The notes below the pieces were generated by a model, which worked only from the letters and a program-made list of their open reading frames with translations, was not told the origin of the DNA and did not search any database. 64,000 bases of DNA from Collinsella sp. (GTDB lineage Bacteria; Actinomycetota; Coriobacteriia; Coriobacteriales; Coriobacteriaceae), in assembly GCA_018376265.1 (NCBI GenBank), contig JAHABQ010000008.1:119031-183030 (forward strand). Reading direction: 5' to 3'. A program made the position numbers and the translations under genes. How positions within the stretch are numbered: the first letter of the stretch is position 1; the number at the start of each line of letters is the position of its first letter. Shown here one piece after another: positions 9,857-18,314 of this stretch.

Positions 9857-10600
9857 CTACGCTCCAGGCGTGATCAGGCGCGCGCACTGGGCGATCTTCT
9901 CGTCATAGGACTCCGCGATAATCGACACACCATCGAACCCAAACGCGCGAACATTCGAGAACTGATGGAACTTCGAGCTGTCGCACAGCACGTACGCCTT
10001 ATTCGAATTCTCGCGCACGATGCGCTTCTTCGCCGCCTCAACGTAGGAGGGCGTCATGACGCCGCGGTCCTCGTCAATCGCGTTGGTCCCGATAAACGCC
10101 TTATCGAAGTACAGATCGCGCAGGATCGATTCGGTCATAGAACCGCAGAACGAGGAGTTCACATAGTTGAACTCGCCACCCACCACGATGAGCTGGGCGC
10201 GCGTCTCGCTCTTAATCAGGCACGCCGAGGCATCCGTCGTGTAAATTGTCACGTCGCGGTCGAGCAGCAGACGCAGCAGCGCCGTGCAGGTGGAACCCGA
10301 GTCCAAGTAGAGCGTGTCCCCGTCCTCAACAAAACGCAAGGCGACTTGGGCAATCTGTTCCTTCTCACTCCCGTGTAGGCCCGAACGCGTCGAGATACTC
10401 ACCTCGTGGACAGCCGAGAGGAGCCTCACCGCGCCGCCCGAAAGATGCTCAACCTTGCCAAGCGCCTCCAGCTCCTTGAGGTCGCGACGTAGCGTCGAAA
10501 TAGAGACGCCCGGCAGCTCCTCCTGCAGCTCGGAAATCCTCGCGAGGCCCGACTTCTGCAGGCACTCTACAATTCGCTCCTGGCGCTCATACGGAATCAT
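9857..10600 (-). CDS. DeoR-family transcriptional regulator
   Basis: HTH region ISELQEELPGVSISTLRRDLKELE plus a DeoR C-terminal sensor domain. The ATG at 10600 is preceded by GGAGAGG. The longer track ORF (to 10912) overlaps the PTS gene end and was trimmed. Confidence 0.85.
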   Translation of the reverse strand: MIPYERQERIVECLQKSGLARISELQEELPGVSISTLRRDLKELEALGKVEHLSGGAVRLLSAVHEVSISTRSGLHGSEKEQIAQVALRFVEDGDTLYLDSGSTCTALLRLLLDRDVTIYTTDASACLIKSETRAQLIVVGGEFNYVNSSFCGSMTESILRDLYFDKAFIGTNAIDEDRGVMTPSYVEAAKKRIVRENSNKAYVLCDSSKFHQFSNVRAFGFDGVSIIAESYDEKIAQCARLITPGA

Positions 10601-10824
10601 ATTGGGAACCTCTCCAAACCACTCTGCTTCACGCTCGTTCATTTCTTTTCGAAAAGTGTAACGCACAAGCAGAATAGCGGCCGCCACCTGTTGCGATGAC
10701 GACCGCTTAATCGATTGACCTACCCTCTCGTTCACAATTTGAACGAGGTTGACACACCTCGCGTAAGCGCGACGCTCTTCAAGCGAAGAGAACGACCCTA
10801 GGAGAGGCGGCGCATCCGGGGCTC

Positions 10825-12201
10825 TTAGGCGAGCTGATCCTCCTTGCCGGTGAAGGCGAAGGCAAGAACACCGGCCACGACGGCGGAAATGAGCATGCCG
10901 ACCATAGCCCAAGCGAAGTTCATGGGGTCGGAACTCACGAAAGCCGGGAACGTAGTGACGGAACCGAAGGTGAACGCAGTGGTGACGACCTTCATGATAC
11001 CGAGGAACGCGCCGCCGACGGCACCGCCGATGATCTGCGCAAGCCAGACCTTCTTGTTCTTCACGAGCATACCGAACAGCGTGGGCTCGATGATGGCGGA
11101 CAGGGCGATCGATACGACACCGGTCATCGCGAAGCTCTTGAGCTTCTGGTCGCGGGCCTTGAGGAACACGCCGAAGGCGCAGCCGATAACGGCGAAGTTG
11201 CAGGCGAAGGTGAAGGGGCAGATGTAGTCGAAGCCGTTCTGAGCGATGTTGTTGATCATGATGGGGTTCACGGCCCAGTGGATGCCCATGGACACCAGCA
11301 CGGACCAGCCGCCGCCAACCAGCACGCCGGCGAACACGGAGCTGCGCTCGATCAGCCAGTTGACCACGAAGGCGATGGCCTCACCAGCGTAGACGCCCAG
11401 GGGACCGATGACGAGCATGGTGAGCGGAACCATAACGATCAGGGAGATGGCGGGCAGCACGACGAGCTTGAGCATCTCGGAAACGTGCTCATCGAGCCAC
11501 TTGTACAGGTACGAGTAGACCCAGACAGACAAGATGGCAGGGATAACCGTGGAGTTGTAGTTCATGAGAACCACGGGGATGCCGAAGAAGTCCGTCATGG
11601 CGCCGTTGCCCGCGTCGCCCATGAGGGCGATGAAGTCCGGGTAGAGCAGGCACGCGCCGAGCAGCGCCGACAGGTACGGGCTCGCGCCGAAGCGCTTGCC
11701 GGCGGAGAAGCCGAGCAGCACGGGCAGGAAGTAGAACACGCTCATGGCCAGGGTGTACAGGATGGTGTAGGTACCCGTGCCCTCAGCGATGATGCCGAGC
11801 TGGGCGGCCAGGATAACGAAGCCGCGCAGGATACCGGAGCCGGCCATGGCGGGCAGCAGCGGGGCAAAGATGCCGGAGATCGCGGAGAAGACTTGGCTGA
11901 CGATGCTCTCGCCCTCGTCCTTGGTAGCAGCGGAGATTTCCACGCCCGAACCCTTGACCAGCGGCTCAAACTTCTCGTACAGCTTCGGGACCTCAGTGCC
12001 GATGAGAACCTGGTACTGACCGGCCTTGTTCAGCGTGTTCACAACGCCTTCGACTTCCTTGACCGCAGCGTCGTCGCAAGCCGCGTCGTCTTTGAGATTG
12101 AGGCGCAGGCGCGTCGCGCAGTGCGTCATGCCCGAGATGTTCTCGGGACCACCGACGGCGTCCAGAATCCCCTGAGCCATCGCGTTCCAGTCGCGTTTCA
12201 T
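10825..12201 (-). CDS. PTS EIIBC component, glucose/sucrose/beta-glucoside superfamily; no EIIA domain
   Basis: N-terminal EIIB with an active-site Cys (GPENISGMTHCATRLRL), followed by a polytopic EIIC. GGAGG RBS. Confidence 0.85.
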   Translation of the reverse strand: MKRDWNAMAQGILDAVGGPENISGMTHCATRLRLNLKDDAACDDAAVKEVEGVVNTLNKAGQYQVLIGTEVPKLYEKFEPLVKGSGVEISAATKDEGESIVSQVFSAISGIFAPLLPAMAGSGILRGFVILAAQLGIIAEGTGTYTILYTLAMSVFYFLPVLLGFSAGKRFGASPYLSALLGACLLYPDFIALMGDAGNGAMTDFFGIPVVLMNYNSTVIPAILSVWVYSYLYKWLDEHVSEMLKLVVLPAISLIVMVPLTMLVIGPLGVYAGEAIAFVVNWLIERSSVFAGVLVGGGWSVLVSMGIHWAVNPIMINNIAQNGFDYICPFTFACNFAVIGCAFGVFLKARDQKLKSFAMTGVVSIALSAIIEPTLFGMLVKNKKVWLAQIIGGAVGGAFLGIMKVVTTAFTFGSVTTFPAFVSSDPMNFAWAMVGMLISAVVAGVLAFAFTGKEDQLA

Positions 12202-12204
12202 TGG

Positions 12205-13143
12205 TTACCTCCCCATTGCGCAGAAGAGCTCGCGGACAAGCTCGGCTGCCTTAATCGCGTCGTTTGCATCGATAACGGATTGGATCTTCTCCATGCTTAC
12301 GGCCTCGATGGCGTCGTTGAGCAGATGGATCATCTGGTCGTTCTGTGCAGCCTCGCCGGCAGCGGGCTCGATGACCGGGAACGTGTCGAAGTAGATTGCG
12401 CTGTCGTAACCGTGCTTCTTCACGTAGTAGAGGAACTCGAGGGTCTTCACCGGCGTGGACGTACCAATCATAAGGCCATCGTCGAAGCGACCGTTGCCGT
12501 CGTTTAGGTGAATGCCGTAGAGCTTGCCCTCGCGGCCGAACAGGTCGGCGGCCATGGCAGGGTTCTCGTGCTTCATGAGCATGTGGCAGTAATCCAGCGT
12601 GACGCCCAGGTTCGGGCGGTCTGCAGCGTTGAGAATCATGCCGGTCATACCCATGGAGTCGATGAACGCGTACGCGCGCTCCTCGTAGGGTTTGTACTCA
12701 ATCGAGATCTTGAGGTCGGGCGCGTAGTCGCAAACCTTCTGGAATGCGGCTACGAGCTGGTCGAAGACGCGAGCGTAGGCGATCTGGAAGCTGTAGTCAA
12801 AGCCGTCGTGGCCGAGCCAGATGGTCACCGTGTTGCCACCGGCAGTGCGGCAGTAGTCGCACGCCTCGTAGCAGAGCTCAAGGGCTTCCGCGGCAAGGGC
12901 ATCATCGGCATTGCCCAGGTCACCGTTGAGGAAGGCGTTGCGGAAGCGCAGCGCGCAGCCGTTCAGCTGCAGGTCGTGAGCTGCGAGCTTGGCGGCCATG
13001 TCCTCAGCCGTGACACCTGTGCAGTGCTCGGGGTAGTTGAGGTCGACGTGCGTGAGGCCCACGCTCTGGAACTCCGCGAACACGCGATCAAGATTCTTGT
13101 CGCCATCGCGAAAATAGGAGTTGATACGAGTTGCAAGCTTCAT
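12205..13143 (-). CDS. Sugar (phosphate) isomerase/epimerase, xylose-isomerase-like TIM barrel
   Basis: Overall resemblance to TIM-barrel AP-endonuclease-2/xylose-isomerase-like proteins (HVDLNYPEH, IWLGHDGFDY, DYCHMLM). The ATG at 13143 has an AAGGA RBS; the track start at 13272 was rejected. Confidence 0.7.
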   Translation of the reverse strand: MKLATRINSYFRDGDKNLDRVFAEFQSVGLTHVDLNYPEHCTGVTAEDMAAKLAAHDLQLNGCALRFRNAFLNGDLGNADDALAAEALELCYEACDYCRTAGGNTVTIWLGHDGFDYSFQIAYARVFDQLVAAFQKVCDYAPDLKISIEYKPYEERAYAFIDSMGMTGMILNAADRPNLGVTLDYCHMLMKHENPAMAADLFGREGKLYGIHLNDGNGRFDDGLMIGTSTPVKTLEFLYYVKKHGYDSAIYFDTFPVIEPAAGEAAQNDQMIHLLNDAIEAVSMEKIQSVIDANDAIKAAELVRELFCAMGR

Positions 13144-13517
13144 GCTTCTACGTCCTTTACCTTCGTCCTTGATCGTTTCTGCCCGTTCGAGCACCTGATC
13201 TATATCCGTAATTCGATAAGGGCCGCCGCCTGCGCGCCGGGGCTTACCCTGTGACATGTAGATTACTGCCACATAAGTTCATTTTCAATCAGTATTTTTC
13301 ACTCTTTTTCTCATTGTGTCAGAGTTTTTCACCGTATAAAGCCATCTACCTTGTGGTTTTGCTGTTAATCAAGTTTGACCATTCTTGAAATTACCTGATT
13401 TTTTCTGAATTAATTTGCCGTTTATCGGTAAAAATCGACCGCTCACGGCTGACGGCGACGCAAGATGGAAGATACTTGCATGAGGAAAAGCACTGAATTC
13501 CCAGCGCCGATTCGAAT

Positions 13518-13635
13518 GACGCGATTGGTGACGCGAGCGTCGACGGCCCGAATCTGCCGTCGGCCCCCACTAACCAAAAACGGCGCCGCTCACGCGACGC
13601 CGTCATATTCCCTGGTGCCCCCGGGCGGATTCGAA
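13518..13635. repeat. Diverged copy of a ~118-bp junction module: plus-strand tRNA-like 3' half, hairpin, then the last 24 nt of minus-strand tRNA-Arg(CCT)
   Basis: Aligns by eye with 16624-16742, with about a dozen substitutions and one indel. 13612-13635 (CTGGTGCCCCCGGGCGGATTCGAA) is identical to the tRNA-Arg 3' end. Confidence 0.8.
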
Positions 13636-13654
13636 AACTCCCCCCCGCGGGGAA

Positions 13655-13678
13655 ATTGGTGACGCGGGTGTCGACGGC
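13655..13678. repeat. 24-bp exact direct repeat AATTGGTGACGCGGGTGTCGACGG (partner at 16629-16652)
   Basis: The exact match brackets the R-M islet. Confidence 0.85.
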
Positions 13679-13859
13679 GCTGAGCGCTCCGTGTTTTGGT
13701 ATGTGGATATGGCAGCCATCAACCTTTCTCGGCATGTGAAACTCTAGGCACATATGAGCATACCTGAGCGACGCAACACATGCGCTCCATCTATCCCAAC
13801 AAGCTCCAGCGGTACCCGCACTTCCCATTTCGTGTATACAGCAGCTAGATTGGGCAATC

Positions 13860-14040
13860 ATGTCAGTATTCAGACGTACGGCCTACAATAAACTCCTCGA
13901 TTGGAAAGCGAGCAATGGATCCCGAGCCATCATGCTCGAGGGGGCCCGCCGCGTTGGAAAAAGCACCCTTGCCCAAGAGTTTGCGCAGTCCAAATACAAA
14001 TCCCACCTCGTGATCGACGAATCTGTTGCGAGTGAAAAAA
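13860..14040 (+). pseudogene. N-terminal fragment of an AAA-superfamily ATPase (COG1373/DUF4143-type), truncated after the P-loop
   Basis: MSVFRRTAYNKLLDWK...LEGARRVGKSTLAQEF matches the start of this ATPase family. Similarity stops around residue 55, and the rest of the ORF runs into the terminator and the antisense of the endonuclease gene. Confidence 0.6.
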
Positions 14041-14070
14041 GAAGACCGGAGACTCAACTGGTCTCCGGCC
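14034..14070 (-). terminator. Rho-independent terminator of the R-M operon
   Basis: On the minus strand, GGCCGGAGAC-CAGTTGA-GTCTCCGGTC is followed by TTCTTTTTT. Confidence 0.7.
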
Positions 14071-14096
14071 TCATTTCTAAAAAACGTCTCGTGGTT

Positions 14097-15311
14097 CTAC
14101 TCGTGCTGTCGGGCTTCTACCAGCCTGCAGAAGTCGTTGACGCTCATGAGCCATTCCCTTTGCGCGGGCGTGTAGGTTTCGAACAGCGATGAGGGCACAA
14201 CGAGGCTGAGCCTGTCCTTAGCCATAGCTCGTGTGTAATCCTCACTTACGGCGGGCTCAAGTGTTACAAGATGCTTGTCCTCGATTCTGTCAGCCTCATC
14301 AAGCACCTGACGCCAACGCTCCTTGATGGTTGTCTTGGCACCGAGCATCGTCAGTCGAGCGACAGGGAACTTGGGGTCGTGGTAATCGTCAATAGAGGGA
14401 AAGATGAAATCCGGCTTTGATTTGCCCTCGGTGTATTTCTGCGCCGAGTAGCGTATGCCCCTAGCATCGAATAGCATCGAGAGTTGATTCTCGAACGCCG
14501 TCCCCGCACGGGACTTGCGGCGCTGGAAGGCCGACATAGTGGTGCGCAGCACGCCATCAACATCAAGCGCCGAGCCAAGGTATGGCGCGAGGTCGCGCTC
14601 CAAGAGATGCCGCTCGAAGACGCGGAACAGCATCTCTTCGCGTTCGTAACAAGCGACCAAGCAGCCATCCGGGTCGCCCGTCCAATCGAGCTTTCCAAGG
14701 GTGGAAGCTGAGTAGGCTGAGAAGTCTGCCCCTTTGGGGAAGGACTCGCCGAATTTCTCGATCATACCGTCGAGGAAGTTCTCCGCTGCGATCGGCATGC
14801 TAACTTCGATGCCGATGGACTCCAAAATCCTTGCGGCGATCGACGTGATGCGCGTATCCTCCCGAGCAGAGGGCGTAAAACCTTTCTCGCCAACCCCGTC
14901 GAGCGCGAAGAGCCAGCGAACTTGAGATTCCGCCGTACTCCCCGCTCGGGCAAATAGGATTACGACCTCCTTGGCTTCGTGTAGGGCCAAAACCATGAGG
15001 TCGCCCGGACGGGCCATGCCCATGGCAGCATTATCGTTGTAGTAGAGCCTATACTCAGTTCTAGTTGGATGCTTCCTGCGGGCGTCGTACCAAGTGGTAT
15101 AACCATGGTCGAATATAGGGTCTGCACCATCATCGAGATATGCGAAGGTAGTTCGCATCCCCTTTATGTCATCGTCTCCGAAAAGCGCGCGCAAAGGCCC
15201 CACGCCGTTGAATTCGTGCTGGTGGCTTTTATTGGCCCCCATGATGTCAACGCCCGCGAGGGTTTTCGCGACAGCACCGTCAAAATACGCGCCAAGTACT
15301 CCATAGTCCAT
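14097..15311 (-). CDS. Type II restriction endonuclease, EcoRII family (EcoRII-C catalytic domain plus an N-terminal effector-like domain)
   Basis: C-terminal motifs RRKSRAGTAFE, KPDFIFPS and GAKTTIKERWRQVLDEADRI...HLVTLEP match my recollection of the EcoRII-C family. Its start lies 1 nt after the methyltransferase stop. Confidence 0.75.
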   Translation of the reverse strand: MDYGVLGAYFDGAVAKTLAGVDIMGANKSHQHEFNGVGPLRALFGDDDIKGMRTTFAYLDDGADPIFDHGYTTWYDARRKHPTRTEYRLYYNDNAAMGMARPGDLMVLALHEAKEVVILFARAGSTAESQVRWLFALDGVGEKGFTPSAREDTRITSIAARILESIGIEVSMPIAAENFLDGMIEKFGESFPKGADFSAYSASTLGKLDWTGDPDGCLVACYEREEMLFRVFERHLLERDLAPYLGSALDVDGVLRTTMSAFQRRKSRAGTAFENQLSMLFDARGIRYSAQKYTEGKSKPDFIFPSIDDYHDPKFPVARLTMLGAKTTIKERWRQVLDEADRIEDKHLVTLEPAVSEDYTRAMAKDRLSLVVPSSLFETYTPAQREWLMSVNDFCRLVEARQHE

Positions 15312-15312
15312 C

Positions 15313-16461
15313 CTAGAACACCTCCATCATCAACTTCGCGACCGAGCGCACGACCGGCACGGTCACGGAGTTGCCGAACTGCCTGTATGCCTGAGTATCC
15401 GACACCGGGATGATGAACTCATCGGGAAATCCTTGCAGGCGCGCGCATTCGCGGGGAGTGAGTTTACGAGGGTTTTTTCCTTCCTGCCCGACCAGAATCT
15501 CGCTGCCATCCTTGTGGTACCGGGCGGAAAGCGTCCTTGTCGTGTCCTCTGGGCCGACCATCGAGTATCCAAAGCCGTGGCCCGCCGCCTCATGCTTTTC
15601 GCGATAGGCGCGCAGATAGGCCCATAGCTTATCCGAAATGGTGTAGCGTTCGTTTGGTTGCTCTTCGAGGATTTCCCCTAGCGTATGTCCCGGTCCCGGC
15701 ACCTCAAGGTCATCCCACGAGAAGGGAACTTCCTCCCTGAACCCCACGATGTAGATGCGCTCCCTGTGCTGGCACGTCCAGTTTTTTGAATCAAGCACTT
15801 TCCAGAAAATATGGTATCCAAGGTCCTCCTCAAGCGTCTGTCGTATGACCTTGAAGGTCTTCCCGCCGTCGTGACTCGTAAGGTTCTTAACGTTCTCAAG
15901 CAAGAAGGCCTTCGGGCGCTTGTCGCGTATGATGCGAGCGACCTCGAAAAAGAGGGTTCCCTGCGTTTTATCCTCAAAGCCGGTGGGTCTCCCCAAAGAT
16001 TGCTTCTTCGAAACGCCTGCAAGGGAGAATGGCTGACAAGGAAAGCCTGCGAGCAGGACATCGAAGTCCGGTATATCGTTTGATGCGACCTGACGGATGT
16101 CGCCCGCCGGGGTCTCTCCATAGTTCATCCGGTAGGTTTTCTGGGCGAACTTATCCCACTCGCAAGAGAAGACGCACCTACCGCCAAGCTCCTGGAACGG
16201 CATTCGTATACCGCCGATGCCCGCGAAGAGATCGCAGAAGGTAAAAGGCGCGTCGCTGCGCTCCCCTTGGTCAAATGGAGCCCCCGCATCGAGCGATGCG
16301 ATAAAGGCGCATTCAGCCGCCGTTGGACTAGTATCCCCAGACTCCCAGCGCCGAACGGTGCGTTCGCCAGACGAGCCCATACCAAGGGCGGCGGCGAACT
16401 CCTTTTGGGTGAGGCCGAGGTCAATTCTCTTTTGCGCTATATCAGCTGCATTTAGTTGCAT
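15313..16461 (-). CDS. DNA (cytosine-5)-methyltransferase with an N-terminal XRE-type HTH extension
   Basis: m5C motifs FCDLFAGIGG (I), GFPCQPFS (IV), ENVKNL (VI) and QFGNSV (X). The N-terminal ~65 aa (LGLTQKEFAAALGMGSSGERTVRRWESG) is an HTH. Confidence 0.9.
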   Translation of the reverse strand: MQLNAADIAQKRIDLGLTQKEFAAALGMGSSGERTVRRWESGDTSPTAAECAFIASLDAGAPFDQGERSDAPFTFCDLFAGIGGIRMPFQELGGRCVFSCEWDKFAQKTYRMNYGETPAGDIRQVASNDIPDFDVLLAGFPCQPFSLAGVSKKQSLGRPTGFEDKTQGTLFFEVARIIRDKRPKAFLLENVKNLTSHDGGKTFKVIRQTLEEDLGYHIFWKVLDSKNWTCQHRERIYIVGFREEVPFSWDDLEVPGPGHTLGEILEEQPNERYTISDKLWAYLRAYREKHEAAGHGFGYSMVGPEDTTRTLSARYHKDGSEILVGQEGKNPRKLTPRECARLQGFPDEFIIPVSDTQAYRQFGNSVTVPVVRSVAKLMMEVF

Positions 16462-16628
16462 GGGACGCCTATCTTGGTTGAAAAACGGTCAAACTGTCCT
16501 GTATTTACCACAGCGTTAGTCTATCACCCCGAGCGGACATGTCTTCCCCTTGCTTCAGTCCGCCTCTAAACCCCGTAGCATCAACTGGGCTTTAGGGCTT
16601 GGACACTCTACCGGAGGGCTCTAGACGC

Positions 16629-16675
16629 AATTGGTGACGCGGGTGTCGACGGTTCGAATCCGCCGGCAGCTCCCA
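16629..16675 (+). other. 3' half of a tRNA-like sequence with no 5' half (att remnant)
   Basis: Anticodon-loop-like TTGGTGA, variable GTGTC, T-arm GACGG-TTCGAAT-CCGCC, then GGCAGCT-C-CCA. No complementary acceptor strand lies upstream. Confidence 0.6.
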
Positions 16676-16715
16676 CAAACCAGAAACGGCGCCGCTCTCG
16701 CGACGCCGTCATAAT

Positions 16716-16764
16716 CTTCTGGTGCCCCCGGGCGGATTCGAACCGTCGACACCCGCTTTAGGAG
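16716..16764 (-). repeat. attL: 49-bp exact copy of the 3' part of tRNA-Arg(CCT)
   Basis: Identical to 27296-27344. Confidence 0.9.
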
Positions 16765-16865
16765 GTCTTGTATTTCTATTTGAGCTGGTGTTTTATAATT
16801 TTATACAACTTCATATAACCGCATGTAAAACGGCATGTTTCAAGAATCGCGAGATATAGGCTTCA

Positions 16866-16912
16866 AAAACTTTCTACCCTAATTCTACCCAGATACTCTT
16901 GCCTGGGTAGAA
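16866..16912. promoter_or_regulatory. Putative integrase arm-type sites: TTCTACCC twice direct (16872, 16883) and once inverted (16905)
   Basis: The 26-mer AAAACTTTCTACCC(T/A)AATTCTACCCA recurs near the other element end at 27204-27228. Confidence 0.5.
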
Positions 16913-16916
16913 TTTT

Positions 16917-16966
16917 GGGATTAGGCTAGGGGCAAGCCTTTAAGGGCTTGCCCCTAGCCTAATCCC
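16917..16966. repeat. 50-bp near-perfect palindrome immediately upstream of the integrase start
   Basis: GGGATTAGGCTAGGGGCAAGCC-TTTAAG-GGCTTGCCCCTAGCCTAATCCC, with 22-bp perfect arms. Confidence 0.85.
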
Positions 16967-16979
16967 AAGGAATCCCACC

Positions 16980-18263
16980 ATGAGCACCAGACCACGAGTC
17001 GTCGGAAACGGCAGCGTATATCAAGTTAAAGAAGGGGTATTCCAATACCGCTTCAACCTCGGCAAGGACCCCAAGACCGGCAAATACGCCTACTCATCCA
17101 AGAGAACGCTACACTGCGAAGGTCTGAGCAGACGCACGCAACAGGCAATGCTCCGCAAAGCCATGGAAGAATACAAGGAGGAGTTGAACTCCGGTATCGT
17201 TCATGACAGCGGAAACCTCACCGTCGCAAAGTACGCCGAGAACTTCCACAGCCTAAGGGAAGAGGGCGGCTTCAAGTCACCGCTCGCCTATGCCCGTGAG
17301 GGCAACTATATTAGCCACATTCAAGAGATGTTCGGCCATATCCAACTTACCGACCTCCACCCTGACGATATACGACACATCTACGCAAACGCCCGCAAAA
17401 GAGGAATGTCAGAAGCCGAGTTACACGGGACGCATGTCAAGCTGCGACAGATTCTCCAAGACGCCGTAGACAACGAGCTCATCCTTCGTAACCCATGCAC
17501 GCCAATCAAGCTCCCCAAACCAACTTACAGGGAAAGAACTCCACTTACAGCAGACGAGGCTTCACGATTTCTGTCTTGCCTCATGGATGAACCACTGTCG
17601 GCCAAGGCAACGGGCACCATGCTCTTGCTCCAATGTGGTCTCCGACGCGGCGAAATGCTCGGCTTGACTTGGGGCGACATCGATTTTGGGCAGCGCACGT
17701 TGAGCGTGTCGAAGCAGTTCACCAATGACAAGACTCTCCGACCGCCAAAATCGAAGATGAGCCGACGCACCATAGCAATCAACGACTCCCTGGCCCGCTA
17801 TCTCGGCAAATGGAAGCTGGAACAGCGGGCGCAACTCAACCGATACACTCTCGATCAGGACGACAACACGCCTATCGTTAACGGCATAAAGGTCGTCACG
17901 ACCGAGGATGGCACATACGCCACAGTCGTCAACGTAGACGGCCACAACTTCGACCGATGGTTCCGCGACTTCTGCGTCGATAACGGCTTTGGGAGCTACA
18001 GCAATATCACCAGAAGATTCCAGCGAAGCGGCAAAGAGCACGTGAGGGGCACGGGATACAGCGGGCTCGTCCCCCACGCCCTGCGGCACACGCAGGCGAC
18101 GCTCCTAATCGGAGAAGGCGCAGACGTGAAGACTGTCCAGGCAAGACTTGGACACGCATCTCCAAGTACGACGCTCTCCATCTACTCCCACGCCATCGAG
18201 GCAAACGATCGTAAGGCAGCAGATGCCTTCGGCGAGCTTATTTCCCAAGAGAGCAATTCATAA
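16980..18263 (+). CDS. int: Tyrosine site-specific integrase
   Basis: C-terminal catalytic region GLRRGE...HALRHTQATLL...LGHASPSTTLSIYSH (R, HxxR, Y). It lies adjacent to attL. Confidence 0.9.
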   Translation: MSTRPRVVGNGSVYQVKEGVFQYRFNLGKDPKTGKYAYSSKRTLHCEGLSRRTQQAMLRKAMEEYKEELNSGIVHDSGNLTVAKYAENFHSLREEGGFKSPLAYAREGNYISHIQEMFGHIQLTDLHPDDIRHIYANARKRGMSEAELHGTHVKLRQILQDAVDNELILRNPCTPIKLPKPTYRERTPLTADEASRFLSCLMDEPLSAKATGTMLLLQCGLRRGEMLGLTWGDIDFGQRTLSVSKQFTNDKTLRPPKSKMSRRTIAINDSLARYLGKWKLEQRAQLNRYTLDQDDNTPIVNGIKVVTTEDGTYATVVNVDGHNFDRWFRDFCVDNGFGSYSNITRRFQRSGKEHVRGTGYSGLVPHALRHTQATLLIGEGADVKTVQARLGHASPSTTLSIYSHAIEANDRKAADAFGELISQESNS

Positions 18264-18264
18264 A

Positions 18265-18293
18265 GGAAGGGCCGAGATATGCCCGGCCCTTCC
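18265..18293. terminator. Bidirectional hairpin between int and the convergent orphan gene
   Basis: GGAAGGGCCG-N9-CGGCCCTTCC, a 10-bp stem. Confidence 0.55.
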
Positions 18294-18314
18294 CTTGCTT
18301 TGAACATAGATAGG

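Noticed and set aside
9857-10912. Extended N-termini for the DeoR gene (to 10912), the TIM-barrel gene (to 13272), the aconitase gene (to 47404), trxA (from 59730) and the SEDS gene (from 1761)
   Set aside because: Internal starts with good Shine-Dalgarno sequences match the N-termini typical of each family. The extensions overlap neighbouring genes or intergenic repeats.
13391-13861. 156-aa minus-strand ORF, plus the 13465-13662 plus-strand ORF, in the islet junction
   Set aside because: They run through the tRNA-derived att repeats and hairpin. There is no RBS, and the composition is not protein-like.
16629-16675. Possible intact plus-strand tRNA gene (Thr-like GGT loop)
   Set aside because: Only the anticodon-loop-to-3'-end portion is present. 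There is no D-arm and no 5' acceptor strand complementary to GGCAGCT upstream.
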